Below are positions 1 through 8,284 of a stretch of DNA of 44,492 nt, piece by piece; the stretch's first letter is position 1; each line of letters starts with the position of its first letter. A program made the translations under genes and the position numbers. The notes under the pieces were generated by a model, which worked only from the letters and a program-made list of their open reading frames with translations, made no database searches and was not told the DNA's origin. Source of the DNA: a virus (lineage: Duplodnaviria; Caudoviricetes); IMG/VR virus record IMGVR_UViG_3300025517_000058, positions 1-44,492 of that record. One strand, 5' to 3'.

Positions 1-13
1 TACTCAGCAAGCG

Positions 14-49
14 TATGTTAGGGGTATCGCTGCTTCAACCCCTAACATA
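14..49. promoter_or_regulatory. 12-bp inverted repeat (operator or hairpin) upstream of MarR gene
   Basis: TATGTTAGGGGT (14-25) is the exact reverse complement of ACCCCTAACATA (38-49); abuts the GGAG SD at 50-53. Confidence 0.55.
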
Positions 50-61
50 GGAGAAAGTACT

Positions 62-412
62 ATGTCTAAAATCTTTGAGAAAGCTCGTGACGTTCGACTT
101 AGCCGTCGAATTCTTGTTGACTTTGAACAGCAGCTTAAAAAGCTACCTCATAAGCTCACGGTTGCTCAGATGTCCGTGCTTTACGCTACCGACCGTGATC
201 ATGAATGCTCACAAAAGAAAATCTGTGATGTCACCGGTATCGACCGCAGCACTACGGCTAATGTTGTCCGGCGTCTCGAGGCTAAGGGCTTGGTCACAGT
301 CAAGGCAAGCAATCATGATCGGCGCGCTAATTGCGTTCGCTTGACTAAGGATGGTAAAAAGGCGCTGATCGAAGCTTTGAGACTTGAGACTAAGTTCTTC
401 GCAGCTAAGTAA
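62..412 (+). CDS. MarR-family winged-helix transcriptional regulator
   Basis: LTVAQMSVL...SQKKICDVTGIDRSTTANVVRRLEAKGLV...DRRANCVRLTKDGK fits the MarR pattern; GGAG SD. Confidence 0.85.
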   Translation: MSKIFEKARDVRLSRRILVDFEQQLKKLPHKLTVAQMSVLYATDRDHECSQKKICDVTGIDRSTTANVVRRLEAKGLVTVKASNHDRRANCVRLTKDGKKALIEALRLETKFFAAK

Positions 413-414
413 CA

Positions 415-600
415 ATGGATGGGCAAGAACAAACATATAGTTGTCCGCGATGTGGCTCAGCCATTGATAAATCCTCTATCTATTTAGGTAAAGATGGTGA
501 GGGCCATATTTGCGGCGATTGCTGGGTACAGGATAGATACGAGGACTGGATAAAAGGTCATGCTTACAGTAAAAGCATTGAACCAAGTGACAAGCGATAA
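415..600 (+). CDS. small Zn-ribbon-like hypothetical protein
   Basis: CPRC and CGDC pairs; starts 2 nt after the marR stop. Confidence 0.55.
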   Translation: MDGQEQTYSCPRCGSAIDKSSIYLGKDGEGHICGDCWVQDRYEDWIKGHAYSKSIEPSDKR

Positions 601-656
601 GCTTGAAAAACGCAGACAACACGAAAGCACCATCGAAAAGCAGCAGGAGCGATTAA

Positions 657-887
657 ATGGAAACGAGAACAATGGGGCTGCTATCACTAGCATTTCGTAA
701 CCCGCCATCTGCTTTCGATATCCGTCGCATTGCGATACAAAACGCAAGGTCGCGCGGAACTCGCATCAAGCATCGTAAGCCAGTTGTTCTACATGCGAGT
801 GTGCGTGCGCGCCAACAAGCTAAGCGTAAACGCAAGCGCCAACTTCAACGTCAAGCTAGACGCATCACAAGGCTACATCGAAAATGA
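657..887 (+). CDS. small, highly basic hypothetical protein
   Basis: Arg/Lys-rich C-terminus; AGGAG SD upstream. Confidence 0.5.
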   Translation: METRTMGLLSLAFRNPPSAFDIRRIAIQNARSRGTRIKHRKPVVLHASVRARQQAKRKRKRQLQRQARRITRLHRK

Positions 888-893
888 GCCTAA

Positions 894-1286
894 TTGGAAT
901 ACAGATACTTAATGCTTCTAAAACTAGGTGAGTTCACGGCAGCGTCAGGTACGACGCTGCCGTATAGAATTGATTGCAGTTCTTTAGATAGGTCGGATTT
1001 AGAGTGTATTGCCGAAGTTATCCGGCCTTACCTTGATCCGTACGGTAAGGTCGTGTCTGTTTCAAAAGACAGCAAACCCTTCGCAAATATCTTTAAGCAT
1101 TGGGTAACGAGGAACTCAAAAACACTGCTGCTAGTTGATACGGTATGGGTAACCGGTCAAAGTATGAGAAAAACTGCTGAGCGCTATATGAGCACTCAGA
1201 AGTTCAATGACTGGCAGGGGGTAGTTCTATTCGCTAGATCAAGAACACCTATGTACGTCAGGCCGTTCATGATGGCGCTGTATTGA
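894..1286 (+). CDS. type I phosphoribosyltransferase-like protein (orotate PRTase-like, minimal)
   Basis: GEFTAASGTTLPYRIDC resembles the PyrE N-terminal GxFxLxSG..S.YY.D; LLLVDTVWVTGQSM resembles the PRPP loop (VDDVxTTGxS). Start may be ATG 912. Confidence 0.6.
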   Translation: MEYRYLMLLKLGEFTAASGTTLPYRIDCSSLDRSDLECIAEVIRPYLDPYGKVVSVSKDSKPFANIFKHWVTRNSKTLLLVDTVWVTGQSMRKTAERYMSTQKFNDWQGVVLFARSRTPMYVRPFMMALY

Positions 1287-1579
1287 ATCCACGTTTTTTC
1301 ACCGGTGAAAATTTAGGGATACGGACCATGCTCGCGGCTATAAGGAATTTCTTGACTCTAGTGCTGGTTGTTCTATTCATTGTTTTGCTTCCGATACTCG
1401 TGGGTTTCGTGATCATGGTTATCGGGCTTATGTATGTGATAAATGAAACTCGAATTCGTATGAATTATTGGTGCTGGCGTTGCAAGCAACGGTGCAAAGG
1501 AAAGTTCAATAAACTCTTAAAACAGACAAGGGACGCTACCAATGACATTCACTCCCGAACAAGCACAGAAGGCGATTAA
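1283..1579 (+). CDS. small membrane protein
   Basis: about 30-residue hydrophobic run followed by a basic/Cys tail; likely start ATG 1328. Confidence 0.5.
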   Translation: MNPRFFTGENLGIRTMLAAIRNFLTLVLVVLFIVLLPILVGFVIMVIGLMYVINETRIRMNYWCWRCKQRCKGKFNKLLKQTRDATNDIHSRTSTEGD

Positions 1580-1616
1580 GCTCAGAAATGAGGTTAAAAT
1601 TACGTAGAGTTTCACT

Positions 1617-2609
1617 ATGTTCAACTGGCAATCATTTCTTACGCAGCATCGCATACCGTTTACAGATAGAGGGCGTAACGTATCGCGAGGCAATATCGCG
1701 TTGAAGTGCCCTTTCTGTGGCGATGCAGACCCTAGCATGCATATGAATATCAGCTTGCAAGGGAAAGGTTATGCTTGCTGGCGTGATGTAAACCATAGAG
1801 GACGCAATGAAGCTTATCTAGTTCATGCACTGATTGGTGTATCTCTAGCTGAAGCTAGGCGCATTGTTTACGGTAACGAGCAACCAATTCCAACAGTCAG
1901 CGAACTAGAAGAATTAGCTGCTCGCCTTTATGCACGAGAACACAAAATCAAAAAGTATTTGAAGATACCAAGTGATTGGCGGCCATTATGGGAACAACGC
2001 AACTCACCTGCTCGCTCGCAAGTATTCAATTATCTGGTGGGGCGTAATTATCCCAAGCACGATGCAATAGCTATGGCAGCTCGGTACAATCTGTACTATG
2101 CCCTAAAGCCGCCGTGGGATCGTCGTATCATTTTCCCTATATACGATGAGAAAGGCCGCATCGTAAACTTTACAGGAAGAGCTATTTCGAGCACTGCGCG
2201 CATTCGTTATAAAACGCTTGATCGTGAGAATGCACCGTTACACATGAGCGAGTGCCTTCTTGACTATCATCGGCTCGTCAACACAGAAGGCTCGGTGCTG
2301 GTCGTATGTGAAGGGCCGTTTGATGCAATGCGCTTGACCTGGATAGGTGAGCCATTTGGTATCTATGCAACCTGCGTATTCACGCAGAATGTAAGCGCTG
2401 TACAGGCTGATAAACTGTCGCGCCTCTTGTCAAATTTTGGCCGTTGTGGGGTTTTATTTGACCGAGGTGCAGAACTACATGCTACTCGTGCTTTATTCTC
2501 GCTACCGGGTTTTGAGAAGTTTGAATTGCCTAAGGATGTTGATGATCCAGGTGAACTAACCGGTAGCCAAGCATTGGCCTTGTGTCGGTCGTTGCTTTCT
2601 TGGAATTAG
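1617..2609 (+). CDS. DNA primase (Zn finger + TOPRIM)
   Basis: CPFC...CWR Zn finger; RIIFPIYDEKGRIVNFTGR; TOPRIM VVCEGPFDA; KDVDDPG. Confidence 0.88.
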   Translation: MFNWQSFLTQHRIPFTDRGRNVSRGNIALKCPFCGDADPSMHMNISLQGKGYACWRDVNHRGRNEAYLVHALIGVSLAEARRIVYGNEQPIPTVSELEELAARLYAREHKIKKYLKIPSDWRPLWEQRNSPARSQVFNYLVGRNYPKHDAIAMAARYNLYYALKPPWDRRIIFPIYDEKGRIVNFTGRAISSTARIRYKTLDRENAPLHMSECLLDYHRLVNTEGSVLVVCEGPFDAMRLTWIGEPFGIYATCVFTQNVSAVQADKLSRLLSNFGRCGVLFDRGAELHATRALFSLPGFEKFELPKDVDDPGELTGSQALALCRSLLSWN

Positions 2610-2639
2610 ACGGGGGGCTTACTGTTATGGAGGTAAGCC

Positions 2640-3041
2640 ATGACTGTGATTGTTGTTTGTGGCGGGCGTTTCTATACCGATAAACAAAGAGTATTTGAGA
2701 CGCTCGACAAAATGTATTCTAACTCGATTGACACATTCGTGGTGGTCGAGGGTGGAAGTAGCTACGGTGCAGACTCATTTGCTAGGCAATGGGCTCGCCG
2801 TCGCAAGCTCAAAGGTGAAAACGTAGAGTGCATCACTGTAAAAGCTAATTGGAAATTATATGGTAAAGCCGCTGGCCCCATTCGTAACCAACAGATGATT
2901 GACGATTACCGGCCTGAAAAGGTGCTGGCATTTCCTGGTCACAAAGGCACCAAGGACATGATCGCCAGAGCACGTAAGGCTGGAATACCAGTCATACTGA
3001 GTGAAGATTGGGATGATGAGGTACGGGCGGCTTTAGTATGA
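2640..3041 (+). CDS. SLOG-superfamily protein (DUF2493/YspA-like)
   Basis: VCGGR...GGSSYGAD...WKLYGKAAGPIRNQQM...AFPGHKGTKDMIARARKAGIPV; GGAGG SD. Confidence 0.85.
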   Translation: MTVIVVCGGRFYTDKQRVFETLDKMYSNSIDTFVVVEGGSSYGADSFARQWARRRKLKGENVECITVKANWKLYGKAAGPIRNQQMIDDYRPEKVLAFPGHKGTKDMIARARKAGIPVILSEDWDDEVRAALV

Positions 3042-3166
3042 TCGAAATCCACACGTTTGAATTTGTATGCCTTTTAGCGCTGGCCAGCTTACTTGGGCTG
3101 GCGCTAGGTTTTGTTCTCAGCATTGTCATCCGTGACGAGCTAACTAATCATCATAGTGAGCATTAG
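3038..3166 (+). CDS. unannotated 42-aa single-TM peptide
   Basis: ATGA overlap with the previous stop; MIEIHTFEFVCLLALASLLGLALGFVLSIVIRDELTNHHSEH (manual translation). Confidence 0.5.
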   Translation: MIEIHTFEFVCLLALASLLGLALGFVLSIVIRDELTNHHSEH

Positions 3167-3230
3167 TTAGTTAGCACAGTGTTGAGTATAACCTATACAA
3201 CTCAAGCAATCATCATGCTGAGCATTAGTT
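3146..3230. repeat. 23-bp imperfect direct repeat pair
   Basis: AATCATCATAGTGAGCATTAGTT (3146-3168) and AATCATCATGCTGAGCATTAGTT (3208-3230), 21/23 identical. Confidence 0.8.
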
Positions 3231-3507
3231 GAAATGCTAAGCGCTCAGCATGCCCTAAATTATAGGCTACGAATGGCCTAAATTGACCGCTTAGCGGCCT
3301 TGCAAGGCAAGGCAAGGGTATACCCTAGGTTAGCGTTCGCGTGCCTACGAAGCCGCGTTTGCCTTGCATATGCACATCGATATACAGTTGTATGAGCATT
3401 TGTCATGCCCCCCAAAATGCGGTATGGTTAAAGTGTGGGCTGAAGGTTTTGCGTACCCACACTCTCGCTACGGGGCAATTCCCTTTCAGGCATTACAGGA
3501 GGTTTTT

Positions 3508-4383
3508 ATGGCTCGGGCCGCAGCGGTTGCGGTGCGTAAGCTTGCGCACTCAAAATCAGAAAAATTGACGAAAGTCAATGGTGGTGTAAACCACAGTAAA
3601 GATAAGAAAATAGCAGTGTTCGCTAATTTCCGGCCGCGCGCTGGTGATAAGCTGACACCGAAGGAATGGGCTACGAAAATTAACGCTACATGGCAGCGCT
3701 CAACAGAATCACTACTCGAAACTGCTCGCCTTATTCGCGAGGCGCGCGGTGACTTGCCCGTAGGTAAATATAAGGAAATGCAAAAATATCTCGATATGGG
3801 CGAAGCTGACGTATCGAAGCTGTACTCGATTGGGTGCTGCGAAGTGTTTTACAAGAAGCAGAATATGCCGAAGCTACCACCAAAGTATTCGGTTCTCTAT
3901 CTGCTTTCGCTAATACCGGCTGAGGCGTTGCAAAAGCTCTTTGACAAAGGTGACATTCACCTGAACATGACGCGCAAGTGTGCTGATGAACTGAAAAAGA
4001 AGTACAAGTTGCTTGCACAGTTACAAGACGACCCTGACGAGGGGGATGAAGACTACGCTGAGGACGAGTCTGATAACGATAATGAATATGAAGAGCCTGA
4101 AACTGACAATGATGAGGAAGTTGACGAGCCTGAAACTGATAACGACGAGGAAGATGAGCCTGAGGTTGAAACAAAACCTGCACCGGTTAAGTCAAACGCA
4201 CCACCAAAAGAAGGTTTCGAGTTACATCTGGAAAATTGGCACAATGGCGTTCTAAGCCAAATTGAGTTTTGCGATGCGCTCGAAGAATATTTGAAGCAGG
4301 GTAAGCGCATACCGCAAGACAAAATTAAGGATGCGCTCAGGTTATCAGCATTGCTGAAGCGCATGTGTGAACAGTACAAGTAA
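3508..4383 (+). CDS. DUF3102-like protein with acidic repeat linker
   Basis: AGGAGG SD favours ATG 3508 over 3364; LLETARLIREARGDLPVGKY...KLPPKYSVLYLLS resembles DUF3102; tandem EPETDNDEE repeats. Confidence 0.6.
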   Translation: MARAAAVAVRKLAHSKSEKLTKVNGGVNHSKDKKIAVFANFRPRAGDKLTPKEWATKINATWQRSTESLLETARLIREARGDLPVGKYKEMQKYLDMGEADVSKLYSIGCCEVFYKKQNMPKLPPKYSVLYLLSLIPAEALQKLFDKGDIHLNMTRKCADELKKKYKLLAQLQDDPDEGDEDYAEDESDNDNEYEEPETDNDEEVDEPETDNDEEDEPEVETKPAPVKSNAPPKEGFELHLENWHNGVLSQIEFCDALEEYLKQGKRIPQDKIKDALRLSALLKRMCEQYK

Positions 4384-4405
4384 GAACGTGCATATGTAGA
4401 GAGCG

Positions 4406-4434
4406 GGCTGGCATCATCAACGGTGCCAGCCTTT
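4406..4434 (+). terminator. weak intrinsic terminator-like hairpin
   Basis: GGCTGGCATC / GGTGCCAGCC stem (one G-U) followed by TTT. Confidence 0.4.
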
Positions 4435-4454
4435 AACAAAATATGGGGGTAGAA

Positions 4455-4712
4455 ATGACTGTCAAGGAAAAACCTGTATCACCAGATGAAGTATATCTAG
4501 GGTACCTCAAAATTCTAGCGTCCTATCATACGGTTTGCGGCGACCGTTCGGTAGGAAAAGCTCTTGAGTGGGCTGCTACGCGTATCGAGGCATTGCAAAA
4601 GCATATAGCTCAGCACAAGGGCTGCATATACTGCAATTCACGTAAACGAATGGAAATTCTGGGTGACGTATCGCTTACGAACGTAGTGCCCTTGCATGGA
4701 CGTGGTGAGTAA
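4455..4712 (+). CDS. hypothetical protein
   Basis: ORF with GGGGG SD before ATG 4455 (track start 4443); CxxC motif. Confidence 0.55.
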   Translation: MTVKEKPVSPDEVYLGYLKILASYHTVCGDRSVGKALEWAATRIEALQKHIAQHKGCIYCNSRKRMEILGDVSLTNVVPLHGRGE

Positions 4713-4733
4713 CGCATTGCAGAGGAGAGGGCC

Positions 4734-5297
4734 ATGCGTGACCACGCTTATTTGGACGAAGGGCTGCGTCGGTGGATCTACCGAACTGCCCGTCAAAATC
4801 ATTGGCGCGTTGCTAGCTGGTATGAACTAGATGATCTCATACAAGATGGTTTTATGTGCTACCAGAAATGCGCCGTTAAGTACGCTCGCTTGTTGCGCAA
4901 GCGTAAACCACAGAAAAGTGACCGGCGTAATTTCATGGCGCTAGTCAAGGTGAGTTATGAGCGTCACATTCACGATCTGGCAAACAAGCGTAGCAAGCAG
5001 AAGGAAGTCACAATATCGAGCTTGCTACCTAAAGACAAAGAATACTCGCTTGATGTCGTATTCGAGCGACTAGGAGGTACGACCGAGCAAACTGATTTTC
5101 TTCTGCGTCTTAACGAGTTACCGCCTAAAGTGCGGGATGTTTTGGTCGAGGCGCTTCAGGATGTGCTCAAGGGTAAGCAACCGAAGGTCAAAGAACTGAA
5201 CAAAAGACTCAATGCAGCTATAGGGTCTAAAAATTCGGTTGACATGGTGTCTCGAATATACAAACATTTCGGAGTCGTCAGGGCTAATCACGCCTGA
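4734..5297 (+). CDS. phage sigma-factor-like protein (sigma70 region 2-like)
   Basis: YELDDLIQDGFMCYQKC resembles region 2 (EDLxQEG); later NELPPKVRDVL resembles the start of region 4; GAGGAG SD. Confidence 0.6.
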   Translation: MRDHAYLDEGLRRWIYRTARQNHWRVASWYELDDLIQDGFMCYQKCAVKYARLLRKRKPQKSDRRNFMALVKVSYERHIHDLANKRSKQKEVTISSLLPKDKEYSLDVVFERLGGTTEQTDFLLRLNELPPKVRDVLVEALQDVLKGKQPKVKELNKRLNAAIGSKNSVDMVSRIYKHFGVVRANHA

Positions 5298-5344
5298 TGT
5301 ATGTAACTTCTATCAGCAATGGCAAGAACAGGAGCTAGCTAGCT

Positions 5345-6169
5345 ATGTCAACGACTGTCTATGACGAATTATCGTCAGTCTTAAAACTGAAATATAAGTC
5401 TGGCACTGACGTGCAGGACTACCTCAGAAAAGTTCTCGACAAAGCCGACAAGCTCAGCGACACGCAGTGGGATAAGCTCTCTGAGGAAACTCAGGAATGG
5501 GTGAACTCGGCTGTTGATGCTCACGAGTCTGGGAATGAAATTCCCATACCCGAGGGGCTTGACCTTGGCGATGATGAGGACGAGGACGAGGACGAAGACC
5601 TGCCCGATCTGAGCGACCTTGACGACGAAAACGAGGACGACGAGGATGAGGACAATGAGCCTGCACCACGTCGCGCTGCAACTAAGAACGGTCGCGGTGG
5701 TAAGCATGCAACTGCTAAGAAAGCAAGGGCTGCTGCCGCTGATGACGATAATGAAGATGAGGATGAAGAAGTGGTAGCACCTAAGAAGCGTGGCAGACCA
5801 GCGGCTAAAAAGGCTGCCAAGGAAACAAAACCTGCCAAGGGTAAGGTGGCAAAAGCTGCTAAGCCTGAGAAAACAGAAAAGAAGGCTAAGGGCAAGGCTG
5901 CTACAAAGCCCGAAAAGAAGACTAAGAAGGCTGGTACCGGTGGTGGTCGTCGTGAGCGCCTGTTCAAGGACGATCAGGTTATTACGGTACTTGTAGATGA
6001 GAACCCAAAGCGGCCCCACACTGCAAGCTTTGAGCGTTTCGAGCTGTACTATGAGCTTGCAAAGAAGAAGGGTAAGAAGGGTTTCACTGTCCGTGAAGCG
6101 CTTGACGCTGGCGTGCTGAGCGCTGACTTGAAGTGGGATAGCGAACACAACTACATCAAGATTTCTTGA
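5345..6169 (+). CDS. acidic/basic low-complexity (histone-H1-like) protein with globular ends
   Basis: D/E tracts, then K/A/P-rich segment; C-terminal NPKRPHTASFERFELY...DLKWD domain; AGGAG SD. Confidence 0.75.
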   Translation: MSTTVYDELSSVLKLKYKSGTDVQDYLRKVLDKADKLSDTQWDKLSEETQEWVNSAVDAHESGNEIPIPEGLDLGDDEDEDEDEDLPDLSDLDDENEDDEDEDNEPAPRRAATKNGRGGKHATAKKARAAAADDDNEDEDEEVVAPKKRGRPAAKKAAKETKPAKGKVAKAAKPEKTEKKAKGKAATKPEKKTKKAGTGGGRRERLFKDDQVITVLVDENPKRPHTASFERFELYYELAKKKGKKGFTVREALDAGVLSADLKWDSEHNYIKIS

Positions 6170-6194
6170 TCAAATTCGATCAACGTAGTTCCTT

Positions 6195-6229
6195 AAAACG
6201 GCCCTGTTTGAAGCAGGGCCGTTTTTGTT
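6195..6229 (+). terminator. intrinsic terminator (bidirectional type)
   Basis: AAAACGGCCCTG (6195-6206) / CAGGGCCGTTTT (6214-6225) with T-tract. Confidence 0.85.
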
Positions 6230-6285
6230 GGTATGATTTCAGCACGCACTATTTCACAGTCGTTTAGAAGACAAGGGAGAAGCCA

Positions 6286-7146
6286 ATGCCTGACAAATAC
6301 CAATACCAGCATTTCGTACAATTTCCATTACTCATGCATTGGATTAAGGAGCGCTACAGTATCTATATAAAGCGTTCACAGCAAAAACCAAAACCTTGGA
6401 CCGATGATCCCATTCTACAACGGTACCGCTTTTGCAACGTGTACCGTGAACTTGACAAAGTGACGGTTTGGATTTCTGATAACTGGCGTAGCCCTAACGC
6501 CGATGATCCTGATCTTTGGTTTGCTATGCTGGTTGCTCGGTACATCAATGAACCCGGTACGATGGAACTCATGGGTTATCCTGTTCCATATCGCAGTGCC
6601 AACTTCATTGATGCCGTACAGCAGCGCAAGCGTGAGGGTAAGAATGCTTTCAACGCTGCTTACATCATTTCTACTGGTGGCTTGACACTACCCAAGCACG
6701 AATACCTGGATATGTTCTTCAAGCGTATGTGGAACAAACGTAAACAGCTTCGCGTTGCTCAGGGCATGAATCTCAGAAATTACTGTGAGCTACTGGTTAA
6801 TCAACCCGGTATCGGTAGATTTATGGCTGGTCAGATCATCGCTGACTTGAAGTATGCCAACCCAATACTCAAAGAAGCTGATGACTGGTGGTCATTCGCT
6901 ATTTCTGGACCTGGATCGCGCCGTGGCATGAACCGGGTGCTTGGTAGACCAGTCAAACAGAATTGGAATGAGGATAAGTGGTTTGCAGAATTGCGAATAC
7001 TTCGGCTAATAGTCAATCAGCATTTACCCGAAAACATGCCTAATATTCATGGGCAGGACTTGCAAAACTGCCTATGTGAGTTCGATAAGTATTGCCGAGC
7101 AAAGTTCGGTGAAGGTAAACCCAAGCAGAAGTTCAATGGTGTATAG
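6286..7146 (+). CDS. alpha-glutamyl/putrescinyl-thymine pyrophosphorylase clade 1-like protein (HhH-glycosylase fold, hmU hypermodification family)
   Basis: WIKERYSIY...PWTDDPILQRYRFCNVYRELDKV, HhH-like PGIGRFMAGQIIADL, GPGSRRG, and LQNCLCEFDKY. Confidence 0.82.
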   Translation: MPDKYQYQHFVQFPLLMHWIKERYSIYIKRSQQKPKPWTDDPILQRYRFCNVYRELDKVTVWISDNWRSPNADDPDLWFAMLVARYINEPGTMELMGYPVPYRSANFIDAVQQRKREGKNAFNAAYIISTGGLTLPKHEYLDMFFKRMWNKRKQLRVAQGMNLRNYCELLVNQPGIGRFMAGQIIADLKYANPILKEADDWWSFAISGPGSRRGMNRVLGRPVKQNWNEDKWFAELRILRLIVNQHLPENMPNIHGQDLQNCLCEFDKYCRAKFGEGKPKQKFNGV

Positions 7147-7365
7147 ATGCAAGAATACATCGCATGGTTGTGGGATTTTTGGGTGTGGTGTGCTAAAATC
7201 AACCTAGTGCTCATGATCTTCACTGACGTTAAACAAAACAAGTGGTCAACCCCAAGGGAGTATGCCCTCATAGTATGCTTCGGGCCTATCTCTCTTGGAG
7301 GTACTATTTTCTATGTCCTCATGGGTATCTATGAAAAGTTGCGGGAAAGGTATCGAAAGAGGTAG
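7147..7365 (+). CDS. small membrane protein
   Basis: two hydrophobic segments; abuts both neighbours. Confidence 0.55.
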   Translation: MQEYIAWLWDFWVWCAKINLVLMIFTDVKQNKWSTPREYALIVCFGPISLGGTIFYVLMGIYEKLRERYRKR

Positions 7366-7367
7366 CC

Positions 7368-8234
7368 ATGGACCTCATCGTAATCCCTTCAATGGGGCGT
7401 CATAAGCGACAACAAACTCTAGCAACATTCGAGCGCACATTTATCGTTGACTCTTACAAGGTTGTGCTGGCGGTACCCAAGAACGAAGTAAGCAAATACG
7501 AAACTGCCAGCTATAAAGGCAAACGCATCAAGCGCGAAACGTTGAAGAAAATCGATATACATGGCGTGCCAAAGGAATACTCAGGTATCAGCCGAACTCG
7601 AGAATATATCCTTACTGAGCTTGCACGTTACCATAACGCCCGCCGCGTTTTCATGGTTGATGATGACTTGTCGTTTTGCCATCGACCCGACCTCGAGAAG
7701 GCTGATATGCCGTACATTAATGATGATCCTTACGGCATGCATTGCATGGTTGAGCAATTGACCATGTGGCTCGAAGAAGGCTTGGTGCACGTTGGCTTAA
7801 TCAGCCGCCAAGCGAATAGAAAAACCGGTGTCGAATACCAGGAACCGGGGCGCATGATGAATGCCTACGCTTACGACGCAAAGGTAATTCAGAAACTCAT
7901 CAAAACAAAGCAGCTTAAGCTTGGCCGTATACCAGTAATGGAGGATTTTGACCTAACCCTACAGCTCATTCGTCTCGGTTATCCTAGCCGAGTTAGCTGT
8001 CAGTATGCCTGGACACAGACTAGCAACATAGATGGCGGTTGTAGCACTTACCGAACGGCAGAAGTACAAGCTGAGGCTGCTTATAAGTTGGCAAAACTTC
8101 ACAAAGGCTTTGTTGAAGTGGTCGAGCGCAAAGCTAAGACTTGGAAGAACAACCTCACTACCCGCGTTGACGTGCGTATAGCCTGGAAAAAGGCTTATGA
8201 GGCTTCAATCAAGAATAACCGCGAAGCTGCTTAG
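7368..8234 (+). CDS. GT-A glycosyltransferase, TET/JBP-associated (TAGT/JGT/GREB1-like) type
   Basis: IPSMGR start, GISRTRE, FMVDDDL (DxD), MEDFDL, GGCSTYRT, RVDVRIAWKKA. Confidence 0.78.
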   Translation: MDLIVIPSMGRHKRQQTLATFERTFIVDSYKVVLAVPKNEVSKYETASYKGKRIKRETLKKIDIHGVPKEYSGISRTREYILTELARYHNARRVFMVDDDLSFCHRPDLEKADMPYINDDPYGMHCMVEQLTMWLEEGLVHVGLISRQANRKTGVEYQEPGRMMNAYAYDAKVIQKLIKTKQLKLGRIPVMEDFDLTLQLIRLGYPSRVSCQYAWTQTSNIDGGCSTYRTAEVQAEAAYKLAKLHKGFVEVVERKAKTWKNNLTTRVDVRIAWKKAYEASIKNNREAA

Positions 8235-8284
8235 AAGCCCGTATGTAAAGGTAGCTGAGTGCCCCGCCAATAGGAGTTACGTCA

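Noticed and set aside
1283-1579. Holin or lysis call for the membrane ORF
   Set aside because: No endolysin or spanin nearby, and it lies in an early/replication context
3146-3230. Mini-CRISPR (repeat-spacer-repeat) interpretation of the 23-bp repeats
   Set aside because: Only two imperfect copies, no resemblance to CRISPR repeat termini I recognise, the first copy lies mostly in a small ORF, and no cas genes
3364-3507. N-terminal 48 codons of the 339-aa track ORF
   Set aside because: TTG start without SD inside a palindrome-rich region; strong AGGAGG precedes ATG 3508
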